DNA of 61,114 bases, from the NCBI GenBank assembly GCA_041288095.1, contig JBGGMJ010000107.1, positions 1-61,114 on the forward strand, read 5' to 3'. Every line of letters begins with the position of its first letter. The first letter of the stretch is position 1. The stretch comes from Myxococcota bacterium (lineage in GTDB: Bacteria; Myxococcota; XYA12-FULL-58-9; JALHOP01). Positions 19,101 through 28,462 of the stretch are shown piece by piece. Below the pieces are notes generated by a model. It saw only the letters and a list, made by a program, of their open reading frames with translations. It was not told the origin of the DNA and made no database searches. Position numbers and translations under genes: made by a program.

Positions 19101-20437
19101 ATGCCACGCGCTTCCTGGTCTATCGCTCCAACCCGACGGCGCCGGCGCCTCCCAGCAACTCGTGGACCTTCACCGCCGCGACGGACATCACGACCGCGGC
19201 GGAAGTCTCGCACGTCGCCCTCGCGGACCTCGACCGTGACGGTGACCTCGACATGGCGGCGGGGGCCGCGGGCGGCAGCCTGTACGTGCTCCTCGGCAAC
19301 GGCACCGGCGCGTTCACGCTACAGGCGGGCTGCACCAGGACCACGGCGGCCACCACCGTGCGTGGGGTTGCGATAGCGGACACAGCCGACGACGGCTATC
19401 CGGATGTCGTCGTCGCGTCCGGTGATGGCACCAGCACGACATTGCAGATCTTGAACCTGACGGCCGGCCTGTGCACAACCGAAGTCTTCACCACGCAGCC
19501 GGCGACGACCGTGGCCGGCGCCCTCGCGTTCCCGTCGCGCCTGGTCGCCGCCGACATCGACAGTGACGGCATCATGGACGTCACCGGCATCGGTCCCGGC
19601 GCGGTCATCACCTGGATCGCACACACCCAAGGCGGTCTGGCCCGGGGCTTCACGTCGCCGCCAACGACTTTGTCGAGCGCCTTCATGCGCGCGGGCATCG
19701 CCGACATCGACCGCGACAGCACCGCCGACATCGTCGGCCTCGCGACCGGTGGCGACACCATCCTGGTTGCCCACGGCCGGCAGCTCGATTCCGTCACGCC
19801 GCGCGCGGCGAGCTTGGTCCACGTCGGCTTCTCACTGCCGGCGGTGGACGCCTTCGGCGCGGCCTTCGCGCCCAGCTTGCTACGCAGGCCCTATGATGGG
19901 TTCGGCCGCTGGGACGAGCCCGAGGTCGTCGACTTCGAGCTCGGGGCCGCGGAGGCCGGCTTGCTCGCGGCCGGACTGCGCGTGCTGACGCGGCCCTACG
20001 AGGTGAACGGCCTCACCTATCTGATGCGCGATGAAACGTCAGTCCGCTATCGTGTACAGACCGTCTACGCTGACGCCGATGCCGCCGCCAACCGCGGCGT
20101 GATCCTGGACCTACCCATCCCCGCGGCCCGCTGGGGCCTGGATCTCTCCACCGGCGTGTCTGTCGTCTTCCGCGCCGATGACTTCCTGCGCGCCGCCGAG
20201 CTCCCCGGCGACCCGCTCTTCGGCAGGCCAGAGGGCGCCGGTGTGCTGCCGCTGGATGCTCGAGGTGAGCCGTCGATCATCAGACGCGTGAGCACCTGGC
20301 AGAGCGTGACACGTGACGCCGACGGCGACTTCGCGACCGGCGGCGGCCGGCGCTTCCTCGTCGAGAACGCGCCGGGCGTCCACCGGGTCCGCGTGTTCCT
20401 CGACGCGCCCGGCGTCGTGCAGGCCTTTGTGCAGTAG
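16184..20437 (+). CDS. Large surface lipoprotein with Cys-rich N-motif, Ig-like repeats and multiple FG-GAP/VCBS repeats
   Basis: Lipobox TAC; CxxDxxCPxGYVC..GTC; many GD(V/F)(N/D)GDGxxD(L/I)V repeats. Confidence 0.85.
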   Translation: MKCLFRCSLVATLYFFTTACSVSLDVPDGAVITCEVDTECPDGYVCGAGTCEQVLVNVAPTVSVRATARGAGTLPLELTIADANGNVGRAETVAVELASIIAGVRCPISTLDVALDAIATTRAGTTITTTWNAIADASPQCNLVPREVDRDGDGAPDASVLPRLAGVVVEATAIDAGGARGAPATANAELGNDAPLVTLSATPPRVVGDVPFAYTIDDSSLDPSDLDVEFALPDAPTVWRKALIKYGATASIASDGSEQVFVWDSADPVGGAGALRLSGVHLRARARDDVGGHDYGPFDEATFGVDNQTTPTIESLQLIGDDFGRPSIGYLSYRAVDEQSDPVDLRVEVSIEGEPFTTASELPTELHHGRLRLASSPRTSTGGGVEHLFAWDVSADVGGRVTTDVVLRVTPADPRAGIGNPTFLAVGARVGSPPTEASAAGYAILGAVSADTRHRVLLGNVDGSAGLDAVTGVNQGAAGLASVEIFRFSGQSTSTVPDGRFGGPVSTDITFGTSARAYALGRLDGDAYDDLVIMDSSDVALVFGSVGGFAGVTPFAGQGCDTHTTTLAIGDFNNDGQNEVALPCPGQVKIIRFSGTWQVDPTTYTVPQTAVRIAAGDVNGDDRDDLVIATAGGSQDLFDLAILPGQAGSVLLGTRQVIADDLPMNYEDGAIIFNERGVDVAAGDVDGDGVDDIVVDTSPLPTISELRVYRGGPVISLPIVSAAMPELSEYLNIADVDGDGRNEIITWACIRSGGAPCPYIHALRDGALPLLANPRLEGLTCGTAANGAAADLDGDGKAELVVNEFCSPQAGALFTYSLGGGFVPRLLDDVTTMSSVEPDSDDFSICDYDHDGALDVVSLEYLVMGAEVQAGRTNLPTATPALTTLNAGTVSAWANSPSFMRSRPGDFNGDGILDVFTHDSGVEAASIALAAFDAQRGYSLRPYAFVSMVAPLDQLIAIADVNEDGRDDVIGVDATRFLVYRSNPTAPAPPSNSWTFTAATDITTAAEVSHVALADLDRDGDLDMAAGAAGGSLYVLLGNGTGAFTLQAGCTRTTAATTVRGVAIADTADDGYPDVVVASGDGTSTTLQILNLTAGLCTTEVFTTQPATTVAGALAFPSRLVAADIDSDGIMDVTGIGPGAVITWIAHTQGGLARGFTSPPTTLSSAFMRAGIADIDRDSTADIVGLATGGDTILVAHGRQLDSVTPRAASLVHVGFSLPAVDAFGAAFAPSLLRRPYDGFGRWDEPEVVDFELGAAEAGLLAAGLRVLTRPYEVNGLTYLMRDETSVRYRVQTVYADADAAANRGVILDLPIPAARWGLDLSTGVSVVFRADDFLRAAELPGDPLFGRPEGAGVLPLDARGEPSIIRRVSTWQSVTRDADGDFATGGGRRFLVENAPGVHRVRVFLDAPGVVQAFVQ

Positions 20438-20442
20438 CGTAG

Positions 20443-20796
20443 CTAGTACTGCACGATGGGCTCGAAGCCCCCGAAGATCATCCGCTTCATGTCGAAGGGT
20501 GAGCTCTCTTTGTCGAGTTGCATGCGCGGGTCGCGCATCACCTTCGCGTTGATGACGTCGCGCTCTTGCCGGGAGTTATAGGTGATGAACGCGAAGACCA
20601 CGGTCTCGTCGTCTTTGGCCATCACGGCGCGGGGAAAAGAGGTGAGCTCGCCCTTCGGCACGTCGTCGGCGACACATTCGACGTATGAGAGCGCGCCGTA
20701 CTCTCTCCAGACCTGGCCCGCCATGGATGCGATTTTGCGATAGTCCTCGATCTTGTCCTTCGGCACCGCGAGCACGTAACCGTCGACGTACGCCAT
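20443..20796 (-). CDS. DUF1428 (YbaA-like) protein
   Basis: MAYVDGYVLAVP...EYGAL..VEC..DDVP.G..TSFPRAV...PFDMKRMIFGGF; GGAG RBS before ATG 20796. Confidence 0.9.
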   Translation of the reverse strand: MAYVDGYVLAVPKDKIEDYRKIASMAGQVWREYGALSYVECVADDVPKGELTSFPRAVMAKDDETVVFAFITYNSRQERDVINAKVMRDPRMQLDKESSPFDMKRMIFGGFEPIVQY

Positions 20797-20839
20797 GGGT
20801 CTCTCCTGATGAGTGACCCATGACGTAGTGCCGCCGTGG

Positions 20840-21904
20840 TTACGATGCAAGGAGCTTGGTTCCACTCAACACTTGTTGCCGCACCATGGGGTTCTCGAGG
20901 AACTCGTGCGGAAACGCGTGCTGGACACGACTCACCTCGTCGAGGCGCGCCAGGTCTTGCTGCGAAAACTCGACGTCGAGCGCACCGAGGTTGTCCTCGA
21001 GCTGCTTCACGGTGCGGGCGCCGATGATCGGAGAGGCGACGGCGTCGTGTTGCAACGTCCACGCGAGGGCTACCTGCGCCGGCGTAGCCTTGCGCTCGGC
21101 CGCGATCGACTTCACCACGTCGGCGATCCGCAAGCCGCGCTCGCTGAGCATGCCGAGACCAGCGGCGATCTCTTTGCGGCCGGAGCTCACGGCCGTCGCT
21201 TCCTTCACCTGGAGGTCGGCGCGCGAGTACTTACCGGTGAGCACACCGCCGGCGAGCGGCGACCAGGGAATGACCCCGAGCCCGAGCTCTTTGGCCATTG
21301 GCATCAAGTCCGCTTCAACGGACCGCTGAATCAAACTGTACTCGATCTGCAAGGCAACGAGCGGCGCCCAACCCCGCAGCTCCGCCATGGTCTGCATCTG
21401 CGCGACGCGCCACGCCGGCGTGTCGGAGATACCGACGTGCAGCACCTTGCCCGCGCGCACCAGGTCATCGAAGGCGCGCATCACTTCGTCGGCCGGCGTG
21501 CGGCCGTCCCAGACGTGCAGATAGAACAGGTCGATGTAATCGGTCTGCAGGCGCTTCAAGCTCTGCTCGACCGAGCGCATCATGCTCTTGCGGTGATTGC
21601 CGCCGGCGTTCGGGTTCCCCTGCTCGACCGATAGCGAATACTTGGTGGCGATGACCAAGCGCTCGCGCTTGTCGCGGGTCAGCTCGCCGACGAGGCGTTC
21701 GCTCGAGCCGTTGGTGTACGCGTTGGCGGTGTCGATGAAGTTGCCACCGCGGTCGACGTACATGTCGAACATGCGCCGGGTCTCGCCGTCGTCCGCGCCC
21801 CAGCCCCAGTCGGTGCCGAAGGTCATCGCGCCCAAGCCCAACGGGGAGACGCGCAAACCTGAGCGGCCGAGCAGGCGGTAGGTATCGAGAGTGGTGCGGT
21901 TCAT
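20840..21904 (-). CDS. Aldo/keto reductase
   Basis: YRLLGRSGLRVSPLGLGAMTFG, FIDTANAY, IATK, SLKRLQTDYIDL, WSPLAGG; AAGGAG RBS before ATG 21904. Confidence 0.95.
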   Translation of the reverse strand: MNRTTLDTYRLLGRSGLRVSPLGLGAMTFGTDWGWGADDGETRRMFDMYVDRGGNFIDTANAYTNGSSERLVGELTRDKRERLVIATKYSLSVEQGNPNAGGNHRKSMMRSVEQSLKRLQTDYIDLFYLHVWDGRTPADEVMRAFDDLVRAGKVLHVGISDTPAWRVAQMQTMAELRGWAPLVALQIEYSLIQRSVEADLMPMAKELGLGVIPWSPLAGGVLTGKYSRADLQVKEATAVSSGRKEIAAGLGMLSERGLRIADVVKSIAAERKATPAQVALAWTLQHDAVASPIIGARTVKQLEDNLGALDVEFSQQDLARLDEVSRVQHAFPHEFLENPMVRQQVLSGTKLLAS

Positions 21905-21939
21905 TTTCTTCTCCTTGTCGTTGTGACGAGGAGCAATGT

Positions 21940-22003
21940 GCGGCGGTTCGTAGTAGTTTATAATCGTGTCTTTTATCGATGGTATCTTAAGCTGGGCTAA
22001 ACA
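21940..22003. promoter_or_regulatory. Divergent AKR/LysR control region
   Basis: AT-rich island with TATAAT and a T-N11-A-type dyad TTAAGCTGGGCTAAA immediately before the LysR start. Confidence 0.5.
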
Positions 22004-22900
22004 ATGAATACAGCTGAGATCAGGGAGCTTGCGGCGTTCGTCGCGGTCGTCGAGCGGGGCAGCTTCACCAAGGCGGCGGCGCACCTCGCGGTGACGACCT
22101 CGGCGCTTAGCCAAACAATCCGCGCGCTCGAGGAACGCCTCGGCGTCCGCGTCCTGAACCGCACCACGCGCGCGGTCGCGACCAGCGAAGTCGGAGCCCG
22201 CTTGTACGAGCACGTGAAGCCGGCGCTGCAAACACTCGCGGGGGTCAGTGAGATCGCCAACGGCTTCCGCGACCGCGCCCGCGGCAACCTGCGCATCACG
22301 GCGCCGCGCACCTACGCCACCACGGTGCTCGCGCCGGTGCTCTTCGCTTTCAGTCGCGCCTACCCCGACGTCGTCCTCGAGATCGACGGCAACGACGACT
22401 TCGTCGACATCGTCCGCGACAAGTTCGACGCCGGCATTCGTCTCGGTGAAAGCGTGGCGCGCGACATGACCGCGGTGAAGCTCGGCGGCAAACAGCGCCT
22501 GTGCGTCGTAGCCTCGCCCGCCTACGTCGCCGAGCATGGGATGCCCAAGACGCCGCAGGAGCTCAAGCAGCACCGCTGCATCAACTGGCGAAGGCCCTCG
22601 ACCCGCTCCTTCTACCGGTGGGAGCTCGAGAAAAACGGCAAGGAGCTACTCGTCGACGTCACCGGCCCACTCATCGTCTCCGATGGCGACATCCTCAAGG
22701 CATCCGCCATCGCGGGCACCGGCATCGCCTACCTGCTCGAGTCCATGGTCGAGCCCGAGCTCGAGGACGGCACCCTGCTGCGACTGCTCGCTGACTGGTC
22801 GCCCACGTTCCCCGGCTTCACGCTCTACTACCCGAGCCGCAAGCTCTTGCCGGCGCCGCTCAAGGCCTTCGTCGACTTCGTGCGCGACGCTCTACGCTAG
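22004..22900 (+). CDS. LysR-family transcriptional regulator (DmlR/CrgA-like)
   Basis: GSFTKAAAHL..SALSQTIRALEERLGVRVLNRTTR HTH; FDAGIR, VASPAY and LYYP. Confidence 0.95.
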   Translation: MNTAEIRELAAFVAVVERGSFTKAAAHLAVTTSALSQTIRALEERLGVRVLNRTTRAVATSEVGARLYEHVKPALQTLAGVSEIANGFRDRARGNLRITAPRTYATTVLAPVLFAFSRAYPDVVLEIDGNDDFVDIVRDKFDAGIRLGESVARDMTAVKLGGKQRLCVVASPAYVAEHGMPKTPQELKQHRCINWRRPSTRSFYRWELEKNGKELLVDVTGPLIVSDGDILKASAIAGTGIAYLLESMVEPELEDGTLLRLLADWSPTFPGFTLYYPSRKLLPAPLKAFVDFVRDALR

Positions 22901-22904
22901 AACG

Positions 22905-23927
22905 TCAGGTGAGCGAGTGCCGACGCTGCACGTCACGGACCGTGTCGAGCAAGGTGTCCTGCGGGTCACGGCAGGTCCAGCCAAGCTCACTCTCCGCCTT
23001 GGTGGAGTCGCAGTACCAGGTGTGCTCGGCCATCTCGATGCTCTGTGCATCGAGCAAGGGCTCGACGCCCGCCTTCCGGCAAATCGCTTCAACGAGGCCC
23101 GCGCCGAAGCGCATGGTCTTCGGGCTAACGATGGCGCGCGGCGCGGCGTGCCCGGCGATGCGGGCGGCGCGCCCCAGGAAGGTCGACAGCGTCATGTTGG
23201 CGGCCGAGAGCAAGTAGCGCTCGCCGCTCTTGCCCTTCTTCATCGCGAGCAAACATCCGGCCGCGGCGTCGCGGGCGTCGACGAACGCGACACCGCCACC
23301 GCGTGGGATGAACGGGAGCTTGCCGCGCACGACCTTCTCGATGTCGCCGGTCGAGGAGCCGCGCTCATCGCCGGGGCCGAGCAAGAGCGACGGATTCACG
23401 ACGACGACGTCGAGACCGAGCTCACGGCCGAGCTGCAAAGCCGTCTGTTCCTGGTAGATCTTGGAGAGGTAATACGGCCAGCGCATCACCACATCGGTGC
23501 GGTAAGGGCTCGACTCGTTCGAGATCTCGCCTTCGTCCTTGCTGACCGCGATGGTGCCGCTGGTCGAGACGACGACGGCACGATTCGCTTTCGCGAACGC
23601 GGCTGCGTTCAGCACGTTGCGGGTGCCCTCGACGTGGAGGCGGAAGAGCTGACCCGATTGGTCGGGGTCGCGCGAGACTTGGCCGGCGAGGTGGTAGACC
23701 TCGGTCACTCCGTCCATGGCCTGCTTGCAGTCCTCGGGATTGCAGACATCGCCCTGGACGACTTCGACGTCGTGCTTCGACAGGTGCAGTGTCGGCTGGC
23801 GAACCAAGGCACGGAGCGCGCGGTTGGGCTCGTCTTGGCGCAGCGCTTCGATGAGGTGCTTGCCGAGAAAACCGGTGGCTCCGGTCACGAGGACGACCCC
23901 GGACTCAGCCTTCTTCTTAGTCGCCAT
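22905..23927 (-). CDS. elbE: NAD-dependent epimerase/dehydratase (extended SDR), ElbE-like
   Basis: VLVTGATGFLG, YHLAG, YYLSK (YxxxK), VNPS...GPGD; overlaps the end of the ElbD-like gene. Confidence 0.8.
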   Translation of the reverse strand: MATKKKAESGVVLVTGATGFLGKHLIEALRQDEPNRALRALVRQPTLHLSKHDVEVVQGDVCNPEDCKQAMDGVTEVYHLAGQVSRDPDQSGQLFRLHVEGTRNVLNAAAFAKANRAVVVSTSGTIAVSKDEGEISNESSPYRTDVVMRWPYYLSKIYQEQTALQLGRELGLDVVVVNPSLLLGPGDERGSSTGDIEKVVRGKLPFIPRGGGVAFVDARDAAAGCLLAMKKGKSGERYLLSAANMTLSTFLGRAARIAGHAAPRAIVSPKTMRFGAGLVEAICRKAGVEPLLDAQSIEMAEHTWYCDSTKAESELGWTCRDPQDTLLDTVRDVQRRHSLT

Positions 23928-26900
23928 CGTGCTCTCCACGCGCCGACAGCATAGTCCGCGATGACGAACGCCCCTTCACCGACTCGCGGCGGGTCCGCGG
24001 CGCCTCTTCCTCGTCGCCTTCGACCCGCGCGGTTTTCGCCGGCAGCGCCTCATCGGCGATGTCGCGCGCCAGTAGCTCGGGCCTGTAGCCGCCCTGATCG
24101 CGTAGGGCCTGCACGGCGCGCTCGACGAGCAGCGTCGCCATGCGATGGGCCTCGCTGCGCGCACAACGGCTCGTCAGCTCCTTCATGAGCTCCGGTCGCA
24201 ACGCGGGACCGATCAGCGCGCCGATCTCACGGCTACGGGGCAAGAGCGTGCTGCCCTTCGGCATGGCCTCGAAGGTACCCCACAGGTACATGGGCACGAC
24301 CGGCCGCTCCGAGGTGATGGCGAGGTATCCAATCGAGGCCTTGAACGGTTGCAGCGCTCCGTCGGGGCTGCGCGTCCCCTCGGGGAAGATGAGCAAGCTG
24401 TCACCACGCTCGATGACCGCGAGAGCCCGTCGTAGAGAAGCCCTGGTGGCGCCGTGCCGCTCGATGGGCAGCAGGTTCGTGAAGTTCTCGAAGTAGGTCC
24501 GCTTCAAGCGCGAACCGAAGAAGTAATCGCGTGCCGCGAGCGACACCAGGCGGTCGCCATGCTCGCCCAGCGCGAGCTCCACGAGACCCGCGTCGAGGTG
24601 ACTCGCGTGGTTCGCGGCGACGATGAAGCCCGTGTCGCGCGGCACGTAGTCGCGGCCGTGGATCTCGACGTCCATGACGCGCTCGTAGAACTTCTTCTGG
24701 CCCCAACGGAGGAGCGACTTGCCCGCTTTGGCGATTGGCGCCGGGAGCGTGAGTGCCTCGGGGTCGGACGACTGCTCGTCCTTCTTCACGACGGCCTTTG
24801 GCTTCATCGCGGCGGGAGTGGCGACGAGGAGACGCGCGAGATCCGCGACGCGCTCGATCGCCATGAGAGCTTCGCTCGTGACATCGCGCTTCACGTGCGC
24901 TTCGAGCGCGGTCGCCAGCTCGACGAACATCAGCGAGTCGAAGCCGAGGTCGATCAGGCGCGCGTCGGCGGCGACCTCGTTGACCGTCCGCGAAAGCAAG
25001 CCGGCAACCACTTGGCGCGCCAGCATGACCGGGGTCGACTCGTTGTTGGCGGCTTCATGGACGTGCGCGGTGGCTTGCGACAAGCGCATGAGCTCGGCGA
25101 CGACCTCGGGCCGCTTCACCTTGCGGGTCGAGGTGCGCGGCAAGTCGTGATCGACGACGTGCACGACCTTCAAGCGCTTGTGGTACGGCAGCGTGTCGCT
25201 CGTACGCTTCACGTGCTCCTGGATCTCGCGGCGCACTTCGTCGCGCGGGCGATCCCCATAGGCAGGCACGATGAGGCAGGCGACACGCTCGCGGCCTTCC
25301 GACGTGACACCGACGATCGAAAGCTCCTTGATGGCGTCGTGCTTGCCGTAGAGCTCCTCGAGCTCGTCGGGATAGACGTTGCGACCGTCGGCGTCGACGA
25401 TGACGTCTTTCTTGCGGCCGACCAAGAAGAGGCGGCCTTCGCCGTCGACGTGGCCCAAGTCACCGGTGTGGAACCAACCGTCCGTCAAAGCGGGCGGTGC
25501 ATCCTCGCCCCAGTACCCGAGCATGACGTTGGGACCGCGCGCGAGTACCTCGCCGATGCCGTCTTCGTTGGGCTCGTCGATCTTGATGTCGACACCGTGC
25601 AGGGGCTTGCCGACACTGCCGGTGATGACACGGTCGAGCGGGTCGGTGACGGTGAGCACGGGCGCCGTCTCGGTGAGGCCGTAGCCCTCGGTCATGTTGA
25701 AGCCGATGCCGCGGAAGAACTCGAGCACCTCGGGCGACAGGGCCGAGCCACCGCTCACCAGGTACCTCAAACGGCCGCCGAGGGCGCGATGCACGGGATA
25801 AGCGAGGAGCGGTCCCAGGTTGAACTCGGTGCGGTCGCGCAAGAACGAGTTCACCGCGCGCACCCCATCGAGTACGAGGCCGGCGAGGGCCGTCTTCTCG
25901 TTGATGCGCGACTCGATGCGGCGTTGCAGTAGCTGCCACAGAGCCGGGACGCCGATGAGGCCGGTGACTCCGCGCGACAAGGCGCGTTGCAGGGTGTCGC
26001 CGTTGAGCTCGGAGAGGTACGTGATGGTCGCGCCGCGTGACAGGGGCAGCAGCAGGCCGGCGGTGAACTCGAAGGTGTGATGCAGCGGCAGGACACTCAG
26101 CAAGTGGTCCTTGTCGCCGAGCGTGAAGATGCCGGCGAGCCGCGACACCTCGAAGGTGAAGTTGCGGTGCGACAGCATGACGCCCTTGGGCGTACCGGTG
26201 GTGCCGCTGGTGAAGATCAGCGACGCCAGGCGAGCAGGCGCCTTGGGTACGACCAGCTCTCCGCGGAAGCGGACGGCATCGCGAAGGGACCAGAGCGGCG
26301 CGTCCACGTTGCCGAGACGCGCTTGCACCTTGGGCGACACGATGACGCCGGCCGCCTTGGCTGCCTTGGCGATGTTGACGATCTCGTTGGCCTTGGCGGC
26401 GGCGTCGACCGGCACCACGGTGCAGCCGGCGCGCAGGATGCCGAAATATGCGGCCACCCACTCTGGGCGGTTCTCGGACACCAGGAGAATGCGCTGATCG
26501 ACCTCACCCTTGGTGCGGTCGAGCACGAACGCCGAGACGCGCTCGGCGAGCTGGCGCAGGTCACCGTAGGTCAGGTGCTCGAAGGTGTCGCCGTCGAGGA
26601 AGCGCAGCGCCAAGCGGTGACGGTGAGCGTGCGTCGTCGACTCGAACATGTCCACGAGGTCGCGGTGCATGTGCGCGAGCTTGGGCTTCTCGGCGAGCTC
26701 TTCCTCGAGCGCTGGGAACACCCATTTCTCGAGGCCTGGGATGTGCGTCTTGATGAAGTAGTCGCGCCAGAGATAGCCCTCGGGCGACCAGTTCAAGGCG
26801 TCGCGCTCGGCTTGCGGCACGCGCTGCATGAGGGCGCGCGTGTTGTCGCAACGGAAAACGTATTTGTTCTCGGCAACGAACGGGATGAACAGGTCGAGCA

Positions 26901-28383
26901 CCATGTTGATGCGCGACGAGCTGGTCTCGACGAACTCGGCGATCTCACGCGTCTTGCTGAGCGGCTCGCGCATCCAGCCGACGCGGTCGGGTCCGATGTC
27001 GTCGATAGTCTTGATGAGCGAGCTGGCCGCCGTCTTCAATCGCGGAGTCGAAATCTTGTTGAAGGTCGTGAGCGGTATGGGCTGCGTCTCGTAGTGCCGC
27101 TTGAACCAATCGATGAGCGCCGGCCCCGGGCGCGAGGCGCGGAGCTTCGTGACCTTGGCGCGGGCACGGGTCTTCCCCTCGTACGCCGTGAGCTCCAGCG
27201 CCTTCTTGATGGTGAGCGGATTCACGTCGCCGGAAGCCGCTTGGTAGACCATCTTGTTGGTCTTGGTGAGGCAAGCGGCGCCGGCGGCGATGATGGCGGT
27301 CGCCACCATGTCGCACGGGATGACGTCGAGCAGCAGGTCTTCCGCGAAGGGGAAGTGCAAGAGGCCCTGGCGCACCATCAGGATGAGCGGCGCCGTCGTG
27401 GTGAAGCCTTCGTTCCAGCCGGGGAGCGGGAAGCTATGCGCGCTCTCGACGATGGAGGGGCGCACGATGCTGGCGGTGAGGCCGTGATTCTGCGCCGCGT
27501 CGGCGATGACCATCTCACCCAGCGCCTTGGTGAACGTATAGGTGTTGGTCCAGCCCCAGAACTTGGCGCGCTCCATGCCGACGCGCTTGAGCTCCTGGGT
27601 GAGCCACACTTTCTTCTGGCGCAACACCGCGGCCTTCAAGGCGACGCCGTCGGAAGCGTCACGGCCTTCTTCGGCGAGCTTGTCGATCGCTTCCTTGCGC
27701 CACTGCGCCTTGGTCGCAGGATCGTCGGCGCGATTGCGGACTTCCTGGGCGAGCTCGCCCAAGCGGGTGATCTCGCGCTGGAAGTCGAAGTCGCTGGCGC
27801 GCTGATCGGTCGCGTCCGGGAGGCGACCCAAGATGGGCTCGTCTTCGAGGATCTGGCCGCTGCGCTTGCCGGCGACGAAGCAGGTCGAGACGTGCACCAG
27901 GGCGGCGCCGACGTCTTTGGCGAGCTTCACCACGTTCTGCGCGCCGACGGCGTTGATAGAGAGCGCCGATTCGACGGATGGATCGAAGTCGACGAGGCCG
28001 GCGCTGTTCAAGATGAGATCGAGACCTTTGATCTCGGCGAGCGCTTCAGCGGACAAGCCGCAGTTCTCTTTGGTGATGTTGCCGTCGACCGGCGTCACCT
28101 TGTCGGTCAGGAACTTCTCGAGGTCGTGCGGGTGGGCCTGCACCACCGGCCCCATCGCCGGCGAGGCCATCACCTTCTTGGCGAAGCGGTCCTTTGCACG
28201 GTCCGAGGGGCCCGGTCGGATGAGCACGTAGATGTGGCCGATATCGGGGAACCGCGTCAGGAGGTACGAGAGGACGACTTTCCCGAGAAACCCGGTGGTG
28301 CCGGTCAGCAGGATGCGCTTGCCGGCGTAGGTGGCGCCAATGGGTAAATCTGCCGGCGCTACCGGGCTGTCGGGGGCTGCCAT
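23917..28383 (-). CDS. elbD: Multidomain fatty-acyl reductase / acyl-CoA synthetase / ACP / PlsC acyltransferase (ElbD-like ether-lipid enzyme)
   Basis: FAR: LTGTTGFLGKV, HVST, NTYTFTKALGE, IVRPSIV. Adenylation: IFTSGTTGTPKGV, EGYGLTE, GWFHTGDLG. ACP: LGFDSL. Acyltransferase: NHASHLD, FPEGTRS. Confidence 0.85.
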   Translation of the reverse strand: MAAPDSPVAPADLPIGATYAGKRILLTGTTGFLGKVVLSYLLTRFPDIGHIYVLIRPGPSDRAKDRFAKKVMASPAMGPVVQAHPHDLEKFLTDKVTPVDGNITKENCGLSAEALAEIKGLDLILNSAGLVDFDPSVESALSINAVGAQNVVKLAKDVGAALVHVSTCFVAGKRSGQILEDEPILGRLPDATDQRASDFDFQREITRLGELAQEVRNRADDPATKAQWRKEAIDKLAEEGRDASDGVALKAAVLRQKKVWLTQELKRVGMERAKFWGWTNTYTFTKALGEMVIADAAQNHGLTASIVRPSIVESAHSFPLPGWNEGFTTTAPLILMVRQGLLHFPFAEDLLLDVIPCDMVATAIIAAGAACLTKTNKMVYQAASGDVNPLTIKKALELTAYEGKTRARAKVTKLRASRPGPALIDWFKRHYETQPIPLTTFNKISTPRLKTAASSLIKTIDDIGPDRVGWMREPLSKTREIAEFVETSSSRINMVLDLFIPFVAENKYVFRCDNTRALMQRVPQAERDALNWSPEGYLWRDYFIKTHIPGLEKWVFPALEEELAEKPKLAHMHRDLVDMFESTTHAHRHRLALRFLDGDTFEHLTYGDLRQLAERVSAFVLDRTKGEVDQRILLVSENRPEWVAAYFGILRAGCTVVPVDAAAKANEIVNIAKAAKAAGVIVSPKVQARLGNVDAPLWSLRDAVRFRGELVVPKAPARLASLIFTSGTTGTPKGVMLSHRNFTFEVSRLAGIFTLGDKDHLLSVLPLHHTFEFTAGLLLPLSRGATITYLSELNGDTLQRALSRGVTGLIGVPALWQLLQRRIESRINEKTALAGLVLDGVRAVNSFLRDRTEFNLGPLLAYPVHRALGGRLRYLVSGGSALSPEVLEFFRGIGFNMTEGYGLTETAPVLTVTDPLDRVITGSVGKPLHGVDIKIDEPNEDGIGEVLARGPNVMLGYWGEDAPPALTDGWFHTGDLGHVDGEGRLFLVGRKKDVIVDADGRNVYPDELEELYGKHDAIKELSIVGVTSEGRERVACLIVPAYGDRPRDEVRREIQEHVKRTSDTLPYHKRLKVVHVVDHDLPRTSTRKVKRPEVVAELMRLSQATAHVHEAANNESTPVMLARQVVAGLLSRTVNEVAADARLIDLGFDSLMFVELATALEAHVKRDVTSEALMAIERVADLARLLVATPAAMKPKAVVKKDEQSSDPEALTLPAPIAKAGKSLLRWGQKKFYERVMDVEIHGRDYVPRDTGFIVAANHASHLDAGLVELALGEHGDRLVSLAARDYFFGSRLKRTYFENFTNLLPIERHGATRASLRRALAVIERGDSLLIFPEGTRSPDGALQPFKASIGYLAITSERPVVPMYLWGTFEAMPKGSTLLPRSREIGALIGPALRPELMKELTSRCARSEAHRMATLLVERAVQALRDQGGYRPELLARDIADEALPAKTARVEGDEEEAPRTRRESVKGRSSSRTMLSARGEHDGD

Positions 28384-28462
28384 GGAGGGGCGAATTGATA
28401 AAGTACGGGCACCAAAACGTCAATTCGCACCGTGCCAGGGCCAGTCCCCGACGAGCGGGTTC

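Noticed and set aside
20840..22573. 577-aa AKR with long N-extension; likewise extensions of 12345..14063, 30585..32099, 56046..57224 and 28735..29751
   Set aside because: Extensions overlap neighbouring genes or regulatory DNA; internal starts with RBS, signal peptide or family N-terminus fit better.
24454..28347. Long plus-strand ORFs (492 and 756 aa), also 37491..39371, 41664..43127 and 45570..47144
   Set aside because: Antisense shadows of well-supported genes, expected in high-GC DNA; no motifs.
23917..28383. NRPS/PKS biosynthetic gene
   Set aside because: No condensation or ketosynthase domain; FAR plus PlsC domains indicate lipid synthesis.
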